64,000 bases of DNA from a candidate division FCPU426 bacterium (GTDB lineage Bacteria > Oederibacteriota > Muellerivitia > Muellerivitales > Muellerivitaceae), in NCBI GenBank assembly GCA_963847625.1, contig CAWKAR010000024.1, forward strand, positions 32,001 to 96,000, written 5' to 3'. This document shows positions 1 to 7,541 of the stretch, in pieces (the first letter of the stretch is position 1; each line of letters opens with the position of its first letter). Made by a program: the position numbers and the translations under genes. The notes under the pieces were generated by a model. That model saw only the letters and a list, made by a program, of their open reading frames with translations, searched no databases and had not been told where the DNA came from.

Positions 1-369
1 AGTGATCTGGTCAAGGTTATCCTTGTATTTCGCGTAGAGATTGGGTTGCATGCGCCTCACATCCGCTTCCAAAGATCCTTTGGATGGGGCCCAATCATTC
101 AAATAGGCCCGGCACATCCATTCCTTTTCCCGCGAAAGTTCCAGCCAGGGGGTGTGGGGCGTGCTGTAAAACTCACTCACTATTTCGTAATTCCACTTGG
201 CATCTTTGTAATTATTTTTTTTGAAGAAGGCCTCGCCTTCCTCGAAAAATCTCTGTGCCCTCGTGATATTTTCCTTTTTATACAAGTTACGCATTTTCAG
301 GGAAACCCACCCACAAAAAGAGACAAACAACGCTACCAAAGAAAGAATAAACGACCATACCGTTGCCAT
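1..369 (-). CDS. Partial membrane-anchored TPR/BamD-like protein (runs off the window start)
   Basis: Manual translation from ATG at 369: MATVWSFILSLVALFVSFCGWVSLK (TM) ... AQRFFEEGEAFFKKNNYKDAKWNYEIVSEFY (TPR-like); frame open to base 1; not in the ORF track because it has no stop in the window. Confidence 0.6.
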   Translation of the reverse strand, partial: MATVWSFILSLVALFVSFCGWVSLKMRNLYKKENITRAQRFFEEGEAFFKKNNYKDAKWNYEIVSEFYSTPHTPWLELSREKEWMCRAYLNDWAPSKGSLEADVRRMQPNLYAKYKDNLDQIT

Positions 370-724
370 GACTTATCACCTTTTAAATCTCTCTTGTCAC
401 CTCCACCATTGTGGACTCATTTTGAGAAAAGAGTCGGAATCCGGGAAATATATACTGGAAAGACCGTTATTTTGTCCTTTTTGGGTTTTTCGCCGTGGAT
501 TGGGTTGATTCGCGGGGTGGAACCGGATGCCCAGGCGAGATCCGTGGGGAGACATGTCGAACGGTTAGATGAAACCTGTGGTGAATTCATCGAACCACTT
601 TCCGCAAAGCCACTTGGACAGGCTTTTTCATAGGTGAACCTATTTTTGTCAATGCGCTAACAAGGAGAGACTGTTGGCAATAGCGGGGGATTTCGGTATT
701 TGTTCCAACTTTTTCGCATTAGTT

Positions 725-1699
725 TTAACAACACCAAGGACAATAAAATGCGACAAAATGATTATTTATAATCTGATAAATATAAGTCTCTTCGCTTGTT
801 CCGCCGGTTTTACTTGGGAATAAATATTTTAATACGGCATAATTTTTTTTCATTACTTTAAAAAGTTGATCAAAATAACAATTTTCTTTGATAAATAATT
901 TCCCACCAACTTTGCAAATCAATATTTTTTTTTGGTCGCTATGCGATCCATTAGTGTAAGGTATTACCAAATTCAAAAAACTAAAAGTGGAGTCAGTAAA
1001 TGAAACGGCTGAAACTACCTGGGCTTTATTAACCCAGGATTTTGTATTCTGTGTTACAGGTTTGTGAGAAACCCGTTCCTTACTATAAATTTTAATATCA
1101 CCGCCGCCTATCATTAGTATATTTCCATCAAAATCTTCAACATCGTTATTTTTTAATTGGTCTAGTATATTTTTAATTTCCTCATTGGATATGGACTGAG
1201 ATTTGACTTCCTGCGGCCTTTGATTCTTCGGTAGGTTGGATGGCACTGAAACATAAATTGGTGACCTCAAACTATTTTTGAAACCAATTGGGATCACACC
1301 TTGGTCAATATCAAAGGTAGGGATTAAATTACCCGAAATATCGTTTTCGCTGATTTGATAAGTTTTGGCTTTCGTTATACCTATTAACTTAGAGTCACAA
1401 AACATCCAAAGATTTTCACTTGGCTTTGGGCAAACTAATTTTTTAGTAACGGTTTTTGGTAAAAATATTCTTCCTCCAGGAACACGATACCCTTCTTTGC
1501 CCAACAAAACTCCGTGTTCACTGACAGAATATCCACAATTTTTTACCATAACTTTTATATCTCCCCTGAATTTGAAAAGTGAGGATATATAAAACCACGG
1601 AGGTTGTACTTTAGGAAGATCAGACCCTAATGCTACGCTAATAAAAAATGAACTTGTGAGTAATCCAATATAAAGAACCTTAGTTAATAATAATTTCAA
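725..1699 (-). CDS. AT-rich hypothetical secreted protein
   Basis: 324-aa ORF with N-terminal signal-like hydrophobic stretch, GGAGGG RBS-like upstream of a TTG start, ends FYCPWCC. Confidence 0.65.
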   Translation of the reverse strand: MKLLLTKVLYIGLLTSSFFISVALGSDLPKVQPPWFYISSLFKFRGDIKVMVKNCGYSVSEHGVLLGKEGYRVPGGRIFLPKTVTKKLVCPKPSENLWMFCDSKLIGITKAKTYQISENDISGNLIPTFDIDQGVIPIGFKNSLRSPIYVSVPSNLPKNQRPQEVKSQSISNEEIKNILDQLKNNDVEDFDGNILMIGGGDIKIYSKERVSHKPVTQNTKSWVNKAQVVSAVSFTDSTFSFLNLVIPYTNGSHSDQKKILICKVGGKLFIKENCYFDQLFKVMKKNYAVLKYLFPSKTGGTSEETYIYQIINNHFVAFYCPWCC

Positions 1700-1775
1700 A
1701 ACTTCCCTCCGTGTTTTCGGCCCAAGTAGCCGTCCGTCTACAGATGGATGAAACTACGTGTCGAAATTAATAAAA

Positions 1776-1792
1776 AAATTAGGGGTCTGGCC
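1776..1792. repeat. 17-bp inverted repeat, left copy (AAATTAGGGGTCTGGCC)
   Basis: 16/17 match to the reverse complement of 5140-5156; overlaps/abuts a GCCACAC...GTGTGGC hairpin. Confidence 0.7.
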
Positions 1793-1864
1793 ACACGCTC
1801 CGCAGGGTGTGGCAGTTGAACATACAGCACTTTAATATTTTGGGCGAACTTCACGCCCTGCCTA

Positions 1865-4800
1865 TCAACGAAGCACAAGTAGTTTCCCCACCCACTTGTT
1901 TCCCCGGGATTTAACCGCCACGAAATAAAGCCCATTGGCGAGGGGGTCACCCCAATCGTCCATCAGGCCCAGGGCGATCACCGCGCCCAGAAGCTGGTGG
2001 CCATAGGGCCTATGGACCACCCTTCGGTAGGCCACGGTGAAGAAATCCACCTCGACATCGCCTCCGAGAGGGAGGGTTAGGTTTACGGTTTCACCGGCCT
2101 TGACCGGGTTGGGCCAGAGGCCTTTGCCGGCAATGGGAGTAGGCGTGAAGGAAGGCGACATCGTGGGGCTGGGGGTCGGGGTGGGTGTGGGAGTGGGTGT
2201 AGGAGTGGATGTTGGCGAAGCGGTAGGCGTAGCAGTGAAGGTCAAGGACGGTGTAGGGGTATTTGTAGAGGTGGATGTAAATGTGGGGGTTGAAGTAGAT
2301 GTTGTCGTGAGGGTGGGCGTCATCGAAGCCGTGGGTGCCGGGGACGGGGTCCAGGTGCAGGTGGGGGTGAAGCTAAAGGCGGGCGTCGGCGTGGGGGTGC
2401 TGGTCGGGCTGGGGGCGGCTCCGCAGGAGGTGAGCACGCGGATGTTGTCCAGGTAAAAGGTGCCGTAATTCCCCGTGCCCGTCACGGGACAGTCGCTGTT
2501 ATAGATGAAATGAAGCTTGGTGATGGGCATGGCGCGCGAAAAAGCGTGGCTAAAGTCGAGGTTGAAGGTGACGTTTAAATTTTCCCCGGCCGCCAGGTCC
2601 ACGTAGTTGGTGGCGAAAGACTGGTCGTAGGTGGCGGGCGCCGAATCCGCCGATAGGAATAGCTGGTTCCACTGGGGGCCGATGATGCCGGCCGGAACAT
2701 AGATATCCAGCGCCAGCTGGGTGGCATGGGACCAGTCGGTGGGGGTGAATCCGCCCAGGATAAATATCTGTTCGTTCCATCCCCCGGAAGGGTTGAAGGT
2801 CACCGCGGCCGCCAGGCAGTGGGTGCCCTGGGTCACGGCCGTGACGGGCGCCGGGGGCGCGGTCACCACCGTCAAGGATGAATCGTTGGTTCCGGACCAG
2901 GTGCCGTTCTTGCCAAGGGTCTCACAGCCGTTGAGAAGCGCCCAGCACAGGGTGGGGGTGGGGGTGAACGTCTGGGTGACGGTGGGGGTGTTGGTGGCGG
3001 TGGGGGAGGGGGTGAAGGTGGGCAGGGTGCCGGTGGGCGTGGCGGAGGCGGTATTGGTGACGGTGGGCGTGTTCGTGGGGCCCGCATAGGCCGCGAAGGC
3101 CGAGACCAGGAACTGGTATTTCGCCTGGTAACCCTGGTCGGGCTCGTTGATTTCCCAGGAATCCTGCGGCCAGGGGACCCCCCAATCCTTGTAGGACTTC
3201 ATGGGCGGCTCGTTTTGGGGCGGGGAGATGGTGCCGTTATAAGAGGCATCCGGCGCGTAATACTGGTTCGGCCCGCCGGGCAGGAAACCCGGCGCCGGCC
3301 CCACCGCCGAAAAGCCGGTGCTTCCGTCGTACGGGGTCCCGGTATAGAACCAGCTGTGGTAGAGGGACATGACCGAGGCGACGGCCCCCAGGTTGGCGCC
3401 CTTGGCGCCCATGTTGGAAAGGAACACGAAGTCCAGGGGGTTGCGGCCGTGGAAGTAATGCAGGTACTCCTCGGCCTGGTTGAGGTAGGCCGTGGTGTGG
3501 GCCGGGTAGACCCCCAGCTTGGCCGCGAACAGGAGCTGGTTGCCCCAGGAGCCCTTCATCTGGTTGGAGCCCCAGCAGTAATGGCCGTCGAACATGTAAC
3601 CCATGTAGGGGTCGCCGCCGTTGGTGCTGTTCCCGGGATTGTAGGCGAGGATGCCCTCGCACTCGTTCCTGAGGGAGTTCCCGACGGCCGTGGTCACGGC
3701 GGCCGTGGCGCCCGGCGCCAGGCAGTAGGACACCATGGCCAGTTGCAGGGGCTCGGCCAGGGAGGGGTCGAAGTGGTCGCTCCCGGCGGGAGGGTTCCCG
3801 ACCGGAAGGAAATTACCGTCCTCGGCCACGGCGCAGGCGGGGGAGTTGTAGTTGGCGTCGAAGTAGCTTTGGTAGGCGCTGTTGCCGGTCAGGGCGAACA
3901 GCTCGGCCGCGGCCGCCACCCGTGCCTGGGCCTCCCAACTGGCCTCCATGTTGGCGTTGGCGTCGATGATCCCGGCCGCGTTATAGGTCACGGGCGAGGG
4001 ATTGGCCTGCAGGTAATTCCAGGCCGCCGTGGCCGCGTTTAGCAGGGTGACCGGCCCGTAGGAGGGGTACGCGCCGGGGTAGTTCTGGAACAGCCTGGCG
4101 CCCAGGGCGAAGGCCATGCACCCGGTGGCCGTGGCGGTGGTGGAGACGTTCGTGTAAAAGCGCTGGGTGGCGTCGTTGGCCGGGTTGCCCAGCCCGCCCG
4201 CGCCGGAACTGAAGCCCACCACGGAAAAAAGCGCGCCGTCGTTTCTTTGCATGCGGAGCATCCAGTCCAGCTCCCATTTCGCCTCGTCCAGCATGTCCGG
4301 AACGCCGTTGCCCGACTCGGGGATGTTGGTGTTGTCCGGGTAGCCCGCCGGGTACCATTCCACCGAGTGCATCAGGTACCACATCGTGGAGTAGGCGAAG
4401 CTGACGTACTTCGCGTAATCCCCCGCGTCGTGCCAGCCGCCGTGGACGTCTAGGGCCGTTCCCGCGCCTTGGTCCGCGTTGTTGTCCCAAAGGTCCGCCG
4501 AAAGGTCCTGGCCCGCGCCCTCGTGGCAGGCCGTATGGTTCCAGTTGGCGCCGCCGTTGGCCGCGATGATGTTTTCCCCGCAGCGTTGGTAGAGGTACAT
4601 GCGCTGGGAGGCCGTCACCACGGCGTTATAGACCGCGTTGTTGATTTGGAAGGTGCAGGACTGGCTCCCGGGGTTGGAGCCGCCCGGCACCTGGATGTAA
4701 TAGCTTCCCGGCGCGATATAGGTGGAAAAGTCGCCCTGCCAGGCCATGTCCCCCGATTGGGTGTGCACCGCCCCGCCGCTCCACTGGGTGACGGTTCCCG

Positions 4801-5095
4801 AGAAAACCGTGGCGCCGCTGGAGGAGTTGATGAGGTTGAAGGCCGTCCCCGGCGTGAAAGTGGAGGGGCTTCCCAGGCCCGAAACCGGCTGGGAAAAAAT
4901 CACGAGCTTGGGCGCGGAGGCCTGGTAACCGAACTGGTCCACGAGGATGTTTGGGCACACCGCACCGAGGACCCGGGCCGGAAAGCAGGCAACCAGGGCC
5001 GAAACCGACAAAAGGGTGATTTTTCGAATGATGGGATTCAAACTTGGACCGCTCCGCGCGTGGGTTGTGACTTTTTCATTATACCCCCGGCGCAT
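1865..5095 (-). CDS. Glycoside hydrolase family 9 (Ig-like + GH9 catalytic), Pro/Thr linkers, probable CBM, C-terminal sorting/FlgD-like domain
   Basis: GGWHDAGDY and SWEINEPDQGY GH9 motifs; ILVDQFGY Ig-like start; two PT-rich linkers; C-terminal WPNP...LANGLYF...KLLVLR. True start may be slightly downstream. Confidence 0.9.
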   Translation of the reverse strand: MRRGYNEKVTTHARSGPSLNPIIRKITLLSVSALVACFPARVLGAVCPNILVDQFGYQASAPKLVIFSQPVSGLGSPSTFTPGTAFNLINSSSGATVFSGTVTQWSGGAVHTQSGDMAWQGDFSTYIAPGSYYIQVPGGSNPGSQSCTFQINNAVYNAVVTASQRMYLYQRCGENIIAANGGANWNHTACHEGAGQDLSADLWDNNADQGAGTALDVHGGWHDAGDYAKYVSFAYSTMWYLMHSVEWYPAGYPDNTNIPESGNGVPDMLDEAKWELDWMLRMQRNDGALFSVVGFSSGAGGLGNPANDATQRFYTNVSTTATATGCMAFALGARLFQNYPGAYPSYGPVTLLNAATAAWNYLQANPSPVTYNAAGIIDANANMEASWEAQARVAAAAELFALTGNSAYQSYFDANYNSPACAVAEDGNFLPVGNPPAGSDHFDPSLAEPLQLAMVSYCLAPGATAAVTTAVGNSLRNECEGILAYNPGNSTNGGDPYMGYMFDGHYCWGSNQMKGSWGNQLLFAAKLGVYPAHTTAYLNQAEEYLHYFHGRNPLDFVFLSNMGAKGANLGAVASVMSLYHSWFYTGTPYDGSTGFSAVGPAPGFLPGGPNQYYAPDASYNGTISPPQNEPPMKSYKDWGVPWPQDSWEINEPDQGYQAKYQFLVSAFAAYAGPTNTPTVTNTASATPTGTLPTFTPSPTATNTPTVTQTFTPTPTLCWALLNGCETLGKNGTWSGTNDSSLTVVTAPPAPVTAVTQGTHCLAAAVTFNPSGGWNEQIFILGGFTPTDWSHATQLALDIYVPAGIIGPQWNQLFLSADSAPATYDQSFATNYVDLAAGENLNVTFNLDFSHAFSRAMPITKLHFIYNSDCPVTGTGNYGTFYLDNIRVLTSCGAAPSPTSTPTPTPAFSFTPTCTWTPSPAPTASMTPTLTTTSTSTPTFTSTSTNTPTPSLTFTATPTASPTSTPTPTPTPTPTPSPTMSPSFTPTPIAGKGLWPNPVKAGETVNLTLPLGGDVEVDFFTVAYRRVVHRPYGHQLLGAVIALGLMDDWGDPLANGLYFVAVKSRGNKWVGKLLVLR

Positions 5096-5139
5096 TGGGG
5101 GTGGGGCAAGGGGATAAGGCCACCCGCTGTGGTGCGGGG

Positions 5140-5156
5140 GGCCTGACCCCTAATTT
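5140..5156. repeat. 17-bp inverted repeat, right copy (GGCCTGACCCCTAATTT)
   Basis: Reverse complement AAATTAGGGGTCAGGCC vs 1776-1792; adjoins GGCCACCCGC...GCGGGGGGCC hairpin. Confidence 0.7.
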
Positions 5157-5970
5157 CATCTCGGTTACACTCCAAACAAACAGCAAAATGGATAATGTAG
5201 GTCCCTTTGTTCCGGAATCTAAATCAAATTACTAAGCTTGGATCCTCAGAAAACTGGTCGAAGGATAAGCTCTTATCTTTAACAGGCCCCAAAAATCGTT
5301 CATAACGTGATTTTTCTGCTTCGATTATTTGCGGTTCTTTAATAAATCCCGTAGGCATATTTACTAGAGATATTTCCCAATTAGTACCTTTTCGCATTTG
5401 TGCGCGTTTTAATAAATATCGAACATGTATATCTGCATCAGGGAAAGAATACCCGCAAAATATTAATTTATCGGCTGCGACCAACTCAGCCTCTGCCTTA
5501 TCCCATATTTGCATTAAATGTAAATTCGAAAGAGCCTTAAAATAGGTCGGTGGAATAATTATTGGAACAATTTGCGTTTGACATTTTTTACAGAAACATT
5601 CTGGGTCCGATGGATTATAAATTAATCTGCAGACACCTTTTTCTTTCGGAGTAAGTTCTGTTTTTCTACAAACGGGACAATATAACCAATTAAGACTTCC
5701 ATGAAGTTTAAACAGTGATATTGATTTATCTAAATTTGGTGCACTCCACTCATTCGGCGAAGAATCAGGATAATCATTATCGAAATTGAAGAAATTAACT
5801 CCGTAATCCAAATCCAGGCCAAAGTAACCTCGCGCAGTTAATAAAGCATTATCAATTAATATGTCATAATTCAAACTGATAAAGCTTGTATTCTTAAGTG
5901 CTTTTCGCTTGCCCAATTCTTCTACAAGTTGGTTGTGCTTTGTATGAGCAAAAGGACCAAGTTTTTCATT

Positions 5971-7025
5971 CCCGAGTTCCATAAGTAAGTGCAACACTTA
6001 GTGTCTGAAGAAGGCCGCATGAATAGGATATGCGGCTATGAAAAAGAAATACAAGCATTTAAGCGTTGAAGAAAGAGATCATTTATCCGTCTTGAAAGGA
6101 AAGGGTCTTAGCCTTCGAGCAATTTCACGCGCCTTGAAGAGGTCTCCTTCCACCCTCTCCAGGGAACTCAAGCGCAATGCTCCCCCTATCCGTTCTGGTT
6201 ATTATCTTTCTCATCGAGCCCATCAACGGTATGTTGACCGCAACCAACAACGAGCACGCCGTTTACGCCTGAAAACAAAACGAATTCGTGCCTACGTCCG
6301 TCGTCAATTGAAACGAGGCTGGTCTCCAGAACTCATTTCAGGTCGATTAGGTCACCTACGGCCTAAGCAAACCATTGGTCCTGAAGCTATCTATCAGTGG
6401 GTTTATGCTGAAGCCACTGAGCTGATTCCTTGCCTAGTTCGACACCACCGGCGACGATTCTCATTTGGCCATAGCCGTAAGCACGCCAAAAACCATATCC
6501 CAGGCCGTGTTTCCATCGATAAGCGCTCCGAGATCGCCAATCAACGCAAGCAATTCGGCCATTGGGAAACCGACACCATGGTCTCTCGTCAGAGTAAAGT
6601 TGCTATGCGGGCTCTCGTCGAGCGTCAAAGCCGTTTTTCCAAGTTGGGAAAGCTCAAACGAAAGACCGCTCGCCAAATGAGTCATAGCCTCAACCGCGCT
6701 TTATGCCGCTTCCCTCAAGACGCCCGCCTGAGTCTGACCTATGACAACGGAACCGAAAACACCAACCACTTGGAAACCAACCACGTGCTTGGTACAAAAT
6801 CCTTTTTCTGCGCCCCTTTCCACAGTTGGGAAAAAGGTACGGTGGAAAATACTATCGGTCTTGTCCGCCGCCATTTGCCTAAAAAGACTGATCTTGCTAA
6901 AGTGTCCTTCAAAGAATTCAGGACCATAGAAAGATGGCTCAATAACAGGCCCAGGAAATGTTTGGGCTTTAAAACTCCGGCGGAAGTCTTCCGGCGAAGT
7001 GTTGCACTTACTCCGTGAATTCGGC
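5971..7025 (+). mobile_element. IS30-family insertion sequence copy 1 (1055 bp)
   Basis: Imperfect 29-bp terminal IRs (CCCGAGTTCCATAAGTAAGTGCAACACTT / AAGTGTTGCACTTACTCCGTGAATTCGGC); ATT target duplication. Confidence 0.95.
6038..7018 (+). CDS. IS30-family DDE transposase
   Basis: N-terminal HTH (RSPSTLSRELKRN), GHWETDT, TYDNGTE, WEKGTVENTIG, NNRPRKCLGFKTP. Confidence 0.97.
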   Translation: MKKKYKHLSVEERDHLSVLKGKGLSLRAISRALKRSPSTLSRELKRNAPPIRSGYYLSHRAHQRYVDRNQQRARRLRLKTKRIRAYVRRQLKRGWSPELISGRLGHLRPKQTIGPEAIYQWVYAEATELIPCLVRHHRRRFSFGHSRKHAKNHIPGRVSIDKRSEIANQRKQFGHWETDTMVSRQSKVAMRALVERQSRFSKLGKLKRKTARQMSHSLNRALCRFPQDARLSLTYDNGTENTNHLETNHVLGTKSFFCAPFHSWEKGTVENTIGLVRRHLPKKTDLAKVSFKEFRTIERWLNNRPRKCLGFKTPAEVFRRSVALTP

Positions 7026-7541
7026 ATTAATTATTTCTGCCATAAGCAAAACTAATTTTTCATGAATCTCAATCAAAGATGATTTTGTAACACCTAATGG
7101 ATTACGTTTAAAATCCTCACTTTCTATTATTGAAATTTCTAAAATACCAAGTATTTCTTCAAACGTTGGATAATTTCGATGCCCCCTGATATTAATATTA
7201 AAAAACTCCTTAAAAAATCGAATCAATATTTTATTTCTTTTTTCATCCTGTAGTCTCCTGGTAAGAACATGCTCAAAGTATTCAAAAAATAGTTTAGATT
7301 GAACTGGTGCGCCATCACTGGCCGAAGCTCCAGCACCCAAAATAATTATGGTTTTTACATCTTTAGTTGCCATGGCTTTTCCTCAATTCTTCAATCAGGA
7401 TTCGGGATTAGGCCTTGAATACGGCATTTCGTATTAAATCTTTATACTAAAAGCCGTTTTCAAGACCTGACCCCAAAGTTAATGGTCACGGTTAACACCC
7501 AGAGAAACATGAAGCTCGAAACGGAATCTAATAGACTCCGC

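Larger units (their letters stand above)
5224..7373 (-). pseudogene. SIR2-family (NADase-like) protein with Zn ribbon, split by IS30
   Basis: 5' part (7373-7026) has ILGAGAS; 3' part (5970-5224) has SLNYDILID, KLHGSLNW, CPVC..CKKC, GYSFPDAD; removing the IS and one duplicated triplet gives in-frame EIINEKLG, 363 aa. Confidence 0.9.

Noticed and set aside
46..633. Plus-strand 195-aa ORF
   Set aside because: Antisense shadow of the minus-strand TPR-like gene at 1-369.
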